DNA of 64,000 nt. Source: the human T2T-CHM13v2.0 reference genome, Homo sapiens. Both the position numbers and the translations under genes were made by a program. Positions 16,000 through 29,474 of the stretch are shown here, piece after piece. Each line of letters starts with the position of its first letter. The stretch's first letter is position 1. The DNA is taken from the NCBI RefSeq assembly GCF_009914755.1, contig NC_060944.1. One strand, 5' to 3'. A model generated the notes under the pieces. It saw only the letters and a list, made by a program, of their open reading frames with translations, was not told the DNA's origin and ran no database searches.

Positions 16000-16506
16000 T
16001 TAGGCTTAGTTTCCTGTGGCTGTTATAACAAATTGCCACAAACTCGATGGCTCAAAACAACAGAAGTTTATTCTCACACAGTTCTGGAGGCCAGAGGGTG
16101 AGCATCAGTTTCACTCAGCTGAAGTCAAGGTGTCAGCAGGGCCATGCTCCCACAGAGGCTCTGGGGGACAAATCACTCCATACCTCTTCCAGCTGCTGGT
16201 GGCTGCCAGCATTCCTTTGCTTGTAGCCACATCACTGCCATCTCTGCCTTGGTCTTCACGTTGTCTTCTTTTCTGTGTGTCTGTCCTCCCTCCCTTGGTC
16301 TTCCTCTTACGAAGCATATGACATGCATGCTTTTAATACATGTGATAACATTTAGAGCCCAGCAAGATAATCCCAGATAATATCCTCATCACAAAATCCT
16401 TAATTTGATCATATTTGCAAAGACTTTACCATATAAGGTAACATTCACAGGCTCCTGGGATTAGGAGAACCTGATTTCTTAGAGGTCCACCATTCAGCCC
16501 ACTGTA
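16000..16506 (-). mobile_element. MLT1C/D-type MaLR solo LTR inserted in a MIR
   Basis: ttagtttcctgtggctgttataacaaattgccacaaac...cagttctggaggccag...cattcagcccac; MIR halves flank it. Confidence 0.85.
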
Positions 16507-16678
16507 CTAGCATGTGGCTCCAAGTGAGTGTCAACCTCACTGTGCCTCAGTTTCCTTATCTGTAAAATGACAGCAGCCACCTCACTGGGTAATTATGAAG
16601 ATTTAATAAGTACTTAGAATGGTGACCAGCACATGATAAAAGCTTTGTAAATGTTAACCTTCAATAATATCAAGGGTC

Positions 16679-16990
16679 GGTCGGGCGCGGTGGCTCACAC
16701 CTGTAATTCTAGCACTTTGGGAGGCAGAGGCGGGAAGATCGCTTGAGCCCAGGAATTTGAGACCAGCCTGGGCAACATGACAAAACCCAGTCTCTACAAA
16801 AACAAAAACAAAAACAAAAAACCTAGCCAGGCGTGGTGGCATGTGCCTGTAGTCCCAGCTACTTGAGGGGGCTGAGGCACAAGAATCTCTTGAACCCTGG
16901 AGGTTGAGGCTGCAGTGAGCTGAGTTTGCACCACTGCATTCCAGCCTGGGGGGCAGAGAGAGACTCTGTCTCTAAAAAAATAATAATAAT
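16679..16990 (+). mobile_element. AluJ
   Basis: AluJ diagnostics cttgagcccagga and gaggctgcagtgagc. Confidence 0.93.
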
Positions 16991-18714
16991 AAGATTTGAC
17001 TGTGACTGAAATTCGCACAAGAACAAATCCCTTCTCTGTCCTGTTTGCTCGCGCCTGTCTTCATAGCACCCACCATGGAGACTTGCACATAGTAGGTGCT
17101 CAGTAAATATTAAATGCACACATGCCACTATGTAGCTGTGTGGCTTCAAGCAAGTTGTTTCTCCTCTCTGGTCCTCAGTTTCCTTCTCCCTTCACGAAGA
17201 GCTTCTTGTAGGGAAAGTCCATTCCTCTTTCTGGGAGGGTGTGTCCCCATCAGGGGTAGAGGGTTCAGGGGTCAGGAGCCGGCCACAGCTGCTATCTCCC
17301 TGAGTCACCAAATTTCTCAACTTGAGGCCAAGTGTCTAAATATTGTGACTGAGCCAGTTAGAGATAAGATGTGGAAACATTGATTTGGCCCAAGCAACTG
17401 CAGTCACGGTGCTGGAGCCAGACCTCCCTGGATCTTCTCAGCAGCATGAGTGAGTGTTTAGCACCTGCCAGGAACACAGGCTGCTGACCTGCAAACAGAT
17501 GGGGAGGCCCAGATGCCTGGCTTGGCAGCAAGAGCCTGCCTTTGCCGTCTCTGTTTACACAGCCAGCATCCAGTCAAATCTCTGTGGCTCCAGTGGAGAA
17601 ACTAAGGCCCAAAGGGAGTGAAGGATGTGTCGTCCAGGGTTACGCTGGGAGACTGCTATCCCATGAAGCTAAAACCCGCAAGTCCTAACTCCCAGCCCAG
17701 CACCTGTGGGAACCCACCAGGCCCAGGGAGAAGGAAGGCTGGCAGCGTGTCACAGGCAGGGAGCGTGCCTGAGCAAATGCTCAGGGGTGAAAGACCAGAT
17801 GCAAGCTCAAACACTAGAGTGAATGGGAGAAAAGGCCACGTGTCCAGGACTTTGGACTCAATTCAGAGAATAAAAGGGAACCATCGATGGTTTTAGGAAG
17901 AAGAGCAGCAGGATCTGAGAGGCTTTTTCCAAGTGCTTATAGACCACCAGCATCAGAATCGCCTACGACAGGAGCTGGGGGAGGTTGTCAAAATGTGGGT
18001 TCCTGGGGTCCACCCTAGATGTGGCTCCCCATTGTAGCAGGCCCCCTCTGAGGGGATTCTGAAGCACACCCACTGTTTTAGTGAGTAGGAGATGCAGCTA
18101 ACATCCCACTTATAAGGTCTAATCTCAGACAAACCTGGTTTCAAATCCCAGCTCTGCCACTTACTTGCTCTGTGATTTTAGGTCAGTTACGACACCTCTC
18201 TGAGCCTGTTTTCTCTCCTCCGTAATGAAACAATCTTAGCATTTGCCTCAAAGGTTTGTTCTAAGGATTCAATAAGATAATGTAGGTAAAGTGCTCTACA
18301 TAGATCCAGAGCCCTCCTAGTGCTCAAAAACACTGGTTTTTAGAGATTCCCTTGGGCAGCAGTGGGGAGAAAGCAATGGAGGAGGGCAGGCAAGGAGGCA
18401 GGGAAGCCAGTGAGGAGGCAGCAGTGGGACTCCGGGGAGAGGTCTGTGGCTAGGGTGTGGACATGGTGACGGGTGGGGTGGCTCCTTTGCACCGTGCCAG
18501 GTGGTGCCGATCTTGTATGCTCGATTGCGAAAGAAGCTCTCTGGAGTTGGTCTAGGGCAGGAGAGAAGAGGATGAGCAAAAAAACCAAAAGAGGTTGATC
18601 ATAAAACCCATATTCGCAGTCACGGACTGGGTGCTTAGCGTGGGCCAGGCCCCGTGTTAGCTGCTTCCTGATCTTCATCCTCACAACCACCCGACAGTGT
18701 GGGTAGCACTTCAT

Positions 18715-18931
18715 CAGGGGTTGTTAACCCCGACACTAGTGACACTTGTACTGGATAATTCCTTAATTAAGGGGCTGTGCTGTGCACTGTCAAATATTTA
18801 ACAACACCCCTGGACTCTACCCACTAGATGCCATTAACACTCCCACCTTCCAGTTATGACAACCAAAACTGTCTCCAGACATTACCAGAGGTTTCCCGGG
18901 AGGCAAAATCACCCCTAGTTAAGAACCAGTG
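18715..18931 (-). mobile_element. MER20 (hAT-Charlie) inserted in a MIR
   Basis: ggggctgtgctgtgcactgt...ctctacccactagatgcc...tgacaaccaaaactgtctccagacatt...aagaaccagtg. Confidence 0.9.
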
Positions 18932-19696
18932 CTTTATTCTCCTTTTACAAGGAGGGAATTGAAGGCTCAGAGAGCCAAAGCCCTTTGCCCACAGTCTCCC
19001 AGCTAAGAAGTGGCCGGATTTGAACTCAGGTCTGACTCGGAGCCCCGGATGTTAACCTTTGCCGTGAAGGAGGCCACATCTATGCAGTGGCAGGCCCAGA
19101 TGGTCTATATGGGGGTCTTGGGGACAGTGGTCTTTTCCGAAGGGGCAGCTGGAAACACCTGCTAAGCAGATGGGCTGCGTGAGCGTTTGTTGGGGGTGGT
19201 TGTAGAAGCGATGATGGGGATTATGAGAGAGCCAAATCCCCCTCCAGAGGCTACCACCATTTGCCCTGGACAGAGGGACTGAGGGAGATGGGACGTGGAG
19301 GGCAGGCAAGAAGGACCAAGGTGGCACTGTTAGGAGAAGCTGGGTGAGGTCATCTATGCCTGGAGCCCCACTGCCGGGAGCCTCCCAAAAACACTCTCCA
19401 AGACCTTTGGGCTAAATATTTATCCTGTGAATGCTCTTTTCCTTCCTGCATGGGGAGTGGGGCTTTGGAGGTGGGTCCAAGAAATTTGGGGAGACAGAAT
19501 CCAGAGAAAGAGGAAGGGGACAGGCCAGAGGTCAGAGGTCAGGAGAAAGTAGTCAGAGGCCAGGAATAAACATTCATCCTGGCATCTAAAGCCTTCCAGA
19601 GTGAGCTCCACTGCCACCACAGCCATCTCACTCAGGGAGGCGTAGAATTCAAAATATGTTTTTGTTTTCTTAAGAGACATGGGGAATAAAATTACA

Positions 19697-20018
<322 letters not shown>

Positions 20019-20071
20019 CAGTCTTGATATTTTTAAGCAAGGGAGTTGGAGGTGAAGGGAAAATTAAGTCA

Positions 20072-20663
<592 letters not shown>

Positions 20664-21129
20664 ATCTTATCCAGAGAAGAAGTCATTTTTTTAGACACAA
20701 GAATACTTTGTTTATACAGATGGTTGCTATAAAAGGCCTGACTTTGTGCCGATAGAGAAGATGGATTTATGGTGAAGGCAGCTCCTGAATGAGCTCAGTA
20801 ATCAAAGTCAAGGTCCTGCCAGGTTAAGCTGCAGCAGGCTCCGCTCCCTACCAAAAATGACAGGCTCTGCTCCATCTGATGGGTTCTGCTCCAGATGATG
20901 GAACTCATAAGGGCATCATGCTGTCAAACGGTTTTACTGCCAAGACTGTTGTTCATGTGTCCAAAGCATCACGTCTAACCTCTAGGTTACGATGACCCCA
21001 GAGCTTGCAAATCTTGGTGGAAGAATTGCACGGAGCCTGAAGTATGTTTTTCATCGGAAATGGTGCTCATTAAAGAAATACGTGCCTGTTAGCCATCACT
21101 TGGATTGTACATGACATCGTTGATGTTGC

Positions 21130-21152
21130 GTGTGTGTGTGTGTGTGTGTGTG
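21130..21152 (+). repeat. (GT)n microsatellite
   Basis: Directly visible. Confidence 0.95.
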
Positions 21153-21310
21153 GGTGCACGCACGCACTTGTGTGTTTACATTTTCTTTTCCTTCTTTGTT
21201 CCTCCACTAAAGCAGAAAAAGTGTTAGAAGATGTTTAAGAGAGATGTGGAAACAGAGAGAAATGCAGTTTTATCCACTCTTCTCTCTTGTAAGATAAAAA
21301 ATGTGTCTCT

Positions 21311-21607
21311 GGGCAGGGCGCGGTGGCTCACGCCTGTAATCCCAGCACTTTGGGAGGCTGAGGTGGGCGAATCATGAGGTCAGGAGATCGAGACCATCCT
21401 GGCTAACACGGTGAAATTAAACCCCATCTCTACTAAAAATACAAAGGATTAGCCAGGCGTGGTGGCGGGCGCCTGTAGTCCCAGCTACTCGGGAGGCTGA
21501 GGCAGGAGAAAGGCTGAACCCAGGAGGCAGAGCTTGCAGTGAGCCGAGATCCGCACTCTAGCCCGGGCGACAGAGCAAGACTCCATCTCAAAAAAAAAAA
21601 AAAAAAA
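21311..21607 (+). mobile_element. AluY
   Basis: AluY diagnostics gagatcgagaccatcctggctaacacgg and gagcttgcagtgagccgagat; TSD gtgtctct. Confidence 0.93.
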
Positions 21608-21624
21608 GTGTCTCTGGGTGTTTT

Positions 21625-21780
21625 TAAGCCAAAAGCCATTCTTCACCAGGAGGGCTTGTGGGAAAGCAGATTCTGACTCAGTAGGTCTGGGGTGAAGCCT
21701 GGGATGCTACTTCTCCAATGCACTCCCAGGCAACGCAGCAGCCGCCAGTCTGGGAGCCATGCCTGGGAGTGGTGGGGCCT
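21625..21780. mobile_element. MER5A
   Basis: gcagattctgactcagtaggtctggggtgaagcctg is the MER5A core. Confidence 0.7.
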
Positions 21781-22204
21781 TAGCACACAGTGTGTGTCCC
21801 TGCCTCTGGACACCTCCTGCCATCCCTGCTCTTCCCTCCCGCTGCTAAGTCTCGCCCTGGTCTCCCTGCCTTCTTAGAGATGGCGCTTCCTTTAGCAAGT
21901 GTTTGCTCCACTTAAGGATTCAGGGAACATCCGGGCTGGAGAGATGCTGGAGACCATCCCGTCCAACTCTCTTCAGTTCCCAGTTGCTTTTGTGGCAAGA
22001 GCTAAAAACCCAACTCAACCCACACACGTTTATATAGACTTGTGGAAAATACAAAGGGCTTTTTTTTTTTGGTGCGTTTTAAAATATAAATGGTATCATA
22101 TTGTGTGCGTCATTCTGTGCCTGTTTTTCTCTCTTAGTAACCAATCTTGGAGGTTTTTTAGGTCAGCAGAGAAAAACCTCCCCATTAACAGCAGTACAAC
22201 ATTC

Positions 22205-22417
22205 CAGGATCTAAACAACAGCCTTGACATTACTGACATTTACGGCTGGACAATTCTTTGCTAAGGGGCTGTCCTATGCATTATAGAATGGTTAGCAACA
22301 TCCCACCGGCATGATTCCAGTAGCACCCCTCGCCCCCATCAGTTGTGACAACCAAAATGTCATCAGACATTGCTAAATGTGTCCTGAGAGGCAAAGCTGC
22401 CCTGGTTGAGAACCATG
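22205..22417 (-). mobile_element. MER20
   Basis: ggggctgtcctatgcattatagaatg...agttgtgacaaccaaaatgtcatcagacattgc...ggttgagaacca. Confidence 0.9.
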
Positions 22418-22849
22418 GGGATAAGATGTAGAAGAGCAAATTCCAAAGAGGTAAGATGAGTTACTTCCTGGGGCACAAGGAAGGACTGGAATGGGGATAG
22501 AGAGTTCTCATTCTTTATGACTTCATTCATTCATCCATTTCATACATATTTATTAAGCACCTGCCATGTTCCAGACACCATGCCAGGTGCTAGGGAGGCA
22601 GCAGGGAAGAAAACAAGCCAATACCTTCCTATTGTGGCTCTGCCATTCTCCCTGGGGAGACAGACATGAAACAAACAAGGAAGACATCAGTACGGAAGAT
22701 GTGCTAAAAACTATGGGAGAAAGTAGGACAAGGGGAGCTGGGAGTGCTGGGGCCCAGGTGGGGACTTCAGAGCCTCACATATGATGTTTTAATGTATTAA
22801 AAGGAGAATATCTCCATGAGTTATTTGGATGATTTAAAATTTTTTTATT

Positions 22850-23077
<228 letters not shown>

Positions 23078-23439
23078 ATTTTTTTTTTAAGATGGATGGG
23101 CTAAGCCAGTCCCAGCCTGGCTCCCTGAAGCAAGGAGATCTTTCAAGGGGCTGAACCCGGGTGCCTGGGCAGCAGCTGGCCTCAGCCCCCCATTCCTTCC
23201 TTCAAATCCCCTTGCTTAGGACAATAAACTCCTCAACAGGTACCCTCAGCTGCACTTGCATGGAGCTGCACCGCCATCCCAAGAGCTCGTGGTGGGCCTT
23301 TGAGGCACCCTTTCTCCATCTGTGTGGGTTCCTCCAGCCCATTGTTAAAAGATAGTAGTAATGTCTAACATCCCTGTAAAAAAATAATCCCCATGTTTCT
23401 CGAGGCCCTAGGTTTCTGGTCCCTGCTCCCTCTCTGACT

Positions 23440-24290
23440 TTTTCTCCTCCCACTCTCCCCCAACTCACTCAGCTCCAGCCACACTGACTTTCTTTCTGCT
23501 CCTCAAACGTTCAGGCTGGGTCCTGCCACTGGGCCTTTGCACTTGCTGTTCCTAATGCCAAGTCTTTCCCCATGGTCTCCCCACAGCCAGCTTCTTATCA
23601 ACCAAGTCCCAGCTGACATGTCGCCTCCGCAGAGAGGACATCCCCGACCACCCCAGCCAAAGGAGGCCTTTTCTCCAAATCTCCTTACACGTCTCTCTCA
23701 CATGTGTGTTTCTGTTACAGTTTGAATCTGTGTCCCTGCCCGAATCTCCTGTTCAACCGTAATCCCCAATGTTGGAGATGGGGCCTGGTGGGAGGTGATT
23801 GGATCATGAGGGCGGTTTCTCATGGTTTCACACCATCCCCCTTGGAGCTGTCATCCCAATAGTGAATTCTCATGCGATCTGCTTGTTTGAAAGTGTGCGG
23901 CACTTCCCCTCTCTCTTTCTTCCTCCTGCACCAGCCATGTGAAGATGCCTGTTTCCCCTTCAACTTCCGCCATGAGTAAAAGCTCCCCGAGGCCTCCCAG
24001 GAAGCAGATGCCACCATGCTTCCTGTAGAGCCAGCAGAGCTATGAGCCAATTATACCTCTTCTCTTTATAAATGACCCAGCCTCAGGTATTTCTTTATAG
24101 CAGTGTGAGAACAGACTCATAGTTTCCTTCATTGTACTTGTGACTTGATGAAATGATTCTGTTTGATTCTTTGCCGGGTTGTTGTCAGCTCCATAAGAAG
24201 AGGACTTTATCTTGTTCTCTGTGTACAAACACATAGTAGGTGCTCTGTAAGTACTTGTTGAACAAACATGTAAATGAATGAATGAATGAG
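23440..24290 (+). mobile_element. L2 3' end interrupted by an MSTA LTR
   Basis: gggcctttgcacttgctgttcc on the left; catagtaggtgctc...tgaatgaatgaatga tail on the right. Confidence 0.7.
23713..24122 (+). mobile_element. MSTA-type MaLR solo LTR
   Basis: gtaatccccaatgttggagatggggcctggtgggaggtgattggatcatg...cccagcctcaggtatttctttatagcagtgtgagaacagact. Confidence 0.9.
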
Positions 24291-24356
24291 AGCCAGTGTG
24301 ATTTGGATGACTGCGTGCATGTGCTAAGTAAACTGTTTTCCATGATCTCTGGGGTT

Positions 24357-24382
24357 GTGTGTGTGTGTGTGTGTGTGTGTGT
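24357..24382 (+). repeat. (GT)n microsatellite
   Basis: Directly visible. Confidence 0.95.
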
Positions 24383-24527
24383 TCAGTTTGGTTTTTGCCA
24401 CATCTTTATACCCTCTGTTCTATTACAACTTAGCATTTTTCTTTTTATATAAAGAAACTCATTTAAAGGAATCTTGACAATATCACTAGAAACAGAAAGC
24501 CAGTATCAGCACATACTTGCTATAAAT

Positions 24528-24530
<3 letters not shown>

Positions 24531-24579
<49 letters not shown>

Positions 24580-24607
24580 GAAAGAGAGAGAGAGAAAGAA
24601 AGGAAAA
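24531..24607 (+). repeat. A35 homopolymer followed by GAAAA/GA repeats
   Basis: Directly visible. Confidence 0.95.
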
Positions 24608-25559
24608 CCCTATGCATATAAATTCCATGAAGATGTGAAAAAGTTATCAAATTCTCACAGGGTATGATTGCTACTGTAGTTTCTAAGCCTGAGGCTTTAG
24701 AAAATCGATACTCTCTTGAAAAAAAAAATTTAAGCCTGAGGCTGTTGTGTCTTTCTTAAAAAGGAGATTGGCAGGTGTCAGAGAGGTGTTCAAGACAAGT
24801 TAACTCCAACCCGAGGCTTTCTCAATGATCTTTCTCCAATTCATCCCAACACCCACTTGCCGCAGACCCTGTGGAAGGCCCCAGATCCAAACTCCCTTCC
24901 TGCTAACAGCAGCTGTCTGGGGAGATTTCCTTCCAGTTGAGCCATCCAAGGACTCCTCCCCAGCCCTTATCTGTGGAATGGAAAAAATACTAGCCCACAC
25001 CTCATAGATTAAGAGAATCAAATGAGCTCATTTATAGAAAGCACATGGAACAATGACAAGCATGAAATAATAGTCACTGATGTTTACTGAGACTAACAGC
25101 ATGTCACACCCAGTGCAAAATGCCTCACGTCCTCCCACAGAGTCTTCATAACAACCTTTAGCTCATGGAAGTACTATTTTTACCCTATTTGGCCAATGAA
25201 AAAGCAGAGGCCCAGGAAGGTGAAGTAACTTGTCCAAGGTCACACAGCAAGGAGGCAATAGAGCTGGGATTTGAACCCCGGCTGCCTGACTCCAGAGCTG
25301 TACAAAGCCAGATACCACAGAGGCTGGGTTATTGTTCGTCCAGACCCATGTTCCCACAGGTCCTCTCATCCCTTACCTGCTCCCTTTCTACCTTGTACTT
25401 CTATCCTCCTGCTCTGAGGAGATTCCTCTCCCTGAAGATCCTTGGGCTTGAGGGAACCAGGAGGAGAGGAGGTGAAGTTGGCCTGGATGACTCTGTGGTC
25501 AGGATCCTAATGACCCAGTAATTTTCCTCCAAGTCCAGTATTCTCAGGATTAAGTCCTA

Positions 25560-26128
25560 ATCATCCATCTACCCACTCACCCACTCATTCATCCATCTGT
25601 CCATCCATCTATCCATCCATCCATTCATCCACTCACCCATCCATTCATTTACTTATTCATCTATTCTCCCATTCACCCATCCATCCACCCACCCACCCAC
25701 ACATCCACTTATTTACCCACCCATTTCATCCATTCTTCCATCCACCCATCTATCCATCTATCTATCCACTCACCTGTCTATCAATCCATCCATCCATTTA
25801 TCCAGCCATCCATTCACCCACCCACCCATTCATCTGTCCATCAATCCACTCACCCATCCACTCATTTACTCACTCATTCATCTATTCTCCCATCCACCCT
25901 TTCATCCACTCACCCACCATCCATCCATCCATCCATCTACCCATGCATCCATCCATCCACCCATCCATCCATCCATCCACCCATCTACTCATTGACCCAC
26001 TCATTTCACCTATTCTTCCATCCACCTATGTATTCATCCACCCACTCACCCATCTACTCATTCACTCACCCATTCATCTATTCTCCCATCTACCCCCATT
26101 CATCCACCAGTCCATCCATCCATCCATG
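25560..26128 (+). repeat. Degenerate (TCCA)n/(CCCA)n tetranucleotide tract
   Basis: Directly visible; followed by a reversed L2-like 3' end (catttactgaaggctcactacctgcc). Confidence 0.95.
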
Positions 26129-26473
26129 TAACATTTACTGAAGGCTCACTACCTGCCTGCAAGGTTCAGGTGAGGGACAGAGCAGGACTGTACAGGTGTC
26201 TCTCAGCCTCTACCCTCCCTCATTCCTGCTTCCATCTTCTTCTGATCTGGGATAATTCCTCTCCTGGGAGATCCAAGGATGATGGGGAGCAAAAGGCGGT
26301 GGGGTGAGGGGTTGGGGCTTCGGCACTGCCTCTCTACTGAGGCCCCAGTCCCTTCTCTGTATGGACAAAATGGAAACTTGTGGTTTTTCTTCCTGCATTG
26401 AACCAGCAGGCTGAGCTGGGGCTGAACTCCTGGGACATTAAAAGGGGGTGAGAGGTGAAGATGCATCCGGGTG

Positions 26474-26475
<2 letters not shown>

Positions 26476-26541
<66 letters not shown>
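26476..26541 (+). repeat. Compound microsatellite (GT)15(GA)18
   Basis: Counted directly. Confidence 0.97.
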
Positions 26542-26545
<4 letters not shown>

Positions 26546-27839
26546 GTGGAGGGCGAAAGGCCTGTGCATCTCTGTCTCTGTCAGGCACACAGAGAATGGC
26601 AGTGGTGAGCCTGCAATGTATTGGGAAGACATTATTGTTTGCTCAGAAATGGCCAAGAACCCCAGCTCCTCCCTGCCAGGAGACACAGGGTTCTGCGCCT
26701 CCAGGCACAACCGTCTTCCCTCCCTTCCACTTTCCTCCCTCCTCCTCAAACCCTTGCCCAGGTGCCCCCAGGCTGGCTGGGTTCACCAGAGGATAGATGA
26801 CCACATACTAATCCCAGCCTCCTGTGGAGGTTAGTCCCACCCTCCACCGAGGTGGAAAATTCCTGCAGGTAGAGTCAGCAGTGGTTCAAGTCCCACCGTT
26901 GTCCATGAGATCGGACTACACAGCACACACGGCCGCTCTTTTTTTACCTACCACGTGTCCCACGTCTCCTACAGTCCTTTAATCCCTGACCAGTCCTTCA
27001 GAGGATGGACACGCTCTGATCTTTGTAGCCTCTCTTTCTCTCCTCAGGGATCACACCTCACTGTAGACCACAGCCCAATGTCCCAGGTGACTCACTTACT
27101 AGAATTTGTAATTCACTTCATCCTGCCACCACGCCCCTGTGAGCTAGACACTCAAATTGACTCCATTTTACAGATTTGGAGACTGAGGTGCAGAGAGATT
27201 AAGTCCCTGTCTGAGGTCGCATGGTGGATGAGCAGCAGACACCCTGGCGGGCAGCCTGGCTCCTGAGCCACGCGTCACCACCGTCTTAGTGGAAAATCGG
27301 CCACAAGGAGGGATTCCCCTTCCAGTCTCCTGGCCCTTGCCAAAGGATCCATACTAGACATGAGAGGAGGAAGGGAGTCCACACCGAGTCTGGCCTCAAA
27401 CCCTCATTCCTTAGGAAACTGCGCTAATGTCGCCCCCTCCCTCCCTGTGACCACCCCAGGTTGTATCTGCACCTTCCCAGCTAGCCCAGGTGTCATTACA
27501 TATTTATCTGTTGATCACTCGGCTCCAGGGACTGCCATATCGGCCCAGGAAGTCACGATCTTGTCTGTCTGGTTAGGGGCTGTGGTCTGGCACTGGGCAC
27601 ATAGTCAGTATTCAATGAATTTTGGCTAAAGCCCTTTTGGATCGATCATCTATTGCCAGTGTGGCTCAGATGCAGCCCCCGCCACTGACTGTGTGACTCT
27701 GGCAGGTCACAACCCCTCTCTGAGCCTCCCTTCCATCATCTGTAAAACAGACTTATCTCTGAGTCCTACACATGTTAAACACTCAAAGGATTTCTGTTGC
27801 ATGAATTAGTGAAATCCGAGCTGGAAGGGCCTCTAGAGC

Positions 27840-28090
27840 CCAGGGTTGCAAACTCATAGACTCCAAAAGCCAGGCAGGAGCCAGAAACCACCGAGGGAGC
27901 TGGGTGGGGACGGAGGCAGCTGCTACTCAGCTCTAGTCACAAGCACTGCCATATCTGGTTTCTCAAGAAAAACCAGAAATATAGAGATTTACAAGAAGTT
28001 TCCCAATTTCTAAGTATTGGCAACTAATTTAAAACATTTAAACACATCTGTGGACGGGATGTGGCTGCAGGCCGTTTCTTTGCAACTCAT
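27840..28090. mobile_element. MER102-like hAT element
   Basis: Terminal inverted repeats gggttgcaaac...tttgcaactc, with internal agaaaaaccagaaat. Confidence 0.55.
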
Positions 28091-28981
28091 GATTCATCTA
28101 ACTGCTCGTGGCACAGATGAGATCAAAGCCCAGAGAGGGTGAGCCACCAGCCCCAGGTCACAGAGCACAGGAAGTGAAGAGGAAACAGTGACCTTTCTCC
28201 TTCGGCTGCAGCCCTGTTGCCCAAGCTCAGGGCAACCCCTGAGCCCTGATCCCAAGGGAGGCAGTGCCGCCTTCTCCTCTAGGCCTGGCAGTTCCAGGGT
28301 GACAGGAAGGTCACGATATCTCTGTTTGGGTGCACTGCAGCCTCCGCTTCCTGCCAGGACCAGGCTGTATCAGGCACTGGGATGAAGAAAACATTCCAAG
28401 CAATGGGCTGGCCTAGAAGGTAAGAGCTGGTGGCAGAGAGGGGGTAAGCACACCCCTTCCTTACTTCAGGGACGTGCAAACCCCTTCAGCAGGCCTGGGC
28501 AGAGCTGGGAACAGGGCGGATCAAGCCCTGCTTCTGGAGAAACATGCTCTGCCATTGGAGGCTGGGAGCTCTGTCCCCGCATGGCTCGTAGGACCTTGGA
28601 ATGCATTTGTCCAGCAGCTTCTAATACACCAGGCCCTCATCTGACCCGCACCCCCACAACCTCCATGGGCTCTCCTCCCTCTGTCCCCTCTTGATCTCTC
28701 TACCCAGGCACAATGGTGCCTGCTCAGCCCTGAACACAGCAGCCCTGCTCCCACCTCAGGGCCTTTGCACACGCTATTCCCTCTGCCTGGTTCACTTCAC
28801 CCATTATGCAGATGGCTTACTGTAGACCTCTACTTGAATGTCGCCTTCTCTGTGAGACCCTCCCTACCTGTTCACTCTGTTTAAAAATGCAAACATCCCC
28901 CACAGTCCTTAGCCTCCATCTGGCTTCCTTTGACCCTGCTGTGCTTAGGATGGTGGGACACATATGTTACACGTGTTTATT

Positions 28982-29474
28982 TGTGTTTCCCTTTCCTGTT
29001 GCTGCTGTAACAAATCGCCGTGAACTTGGGAGCTGGAAATAACATGAATGTGTGAGCTTACAGTTCTGGAGGGCTGAAGCCCACAGTGGGTCTCAGCAGG
29101 CTAAAATCAAGGTGTGGGCAGGACCACGTTCCTTCTAGAGGCTCACAGGGAGAATCCGTTCCTCCAGCTTCTCAAGGCCACCTGTATTCCTGGGCTCACG
29201 GCTCCAACCTCCATCTTCAAAGCCAGCAACGGCGAGGCCATCTTTCCCATGCTGCATCCCTCCGCCTGCAACACCTCTGCTTCCCTCCTGCACTAAGCCC
29301 CTTGTGATGACACTGGGTCACGATGTCATCATCTGGGTAATCCAGGGTCGTCTCCCCCGGCTCAAGGAGACTGCTCAGCAGCCTCCATTCCCCTTGGCCG
29401 TGTAACCTTGTACATTCACGGGTTCCAGGGATGAGGACGTCTTGGGGAAGGGCGCATGAGTCTGCTGACCACAC
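28982..29474 (-). mobile_element. MLT1C-type MaLR solo LTR inserted in L2
   Basis: tgctgctgtaacaaat...cagttctggagg...gctaaaatcaaggtgtgggcagg...acattcacgggttccagggatgaggacgt. Confidence 0.85.
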
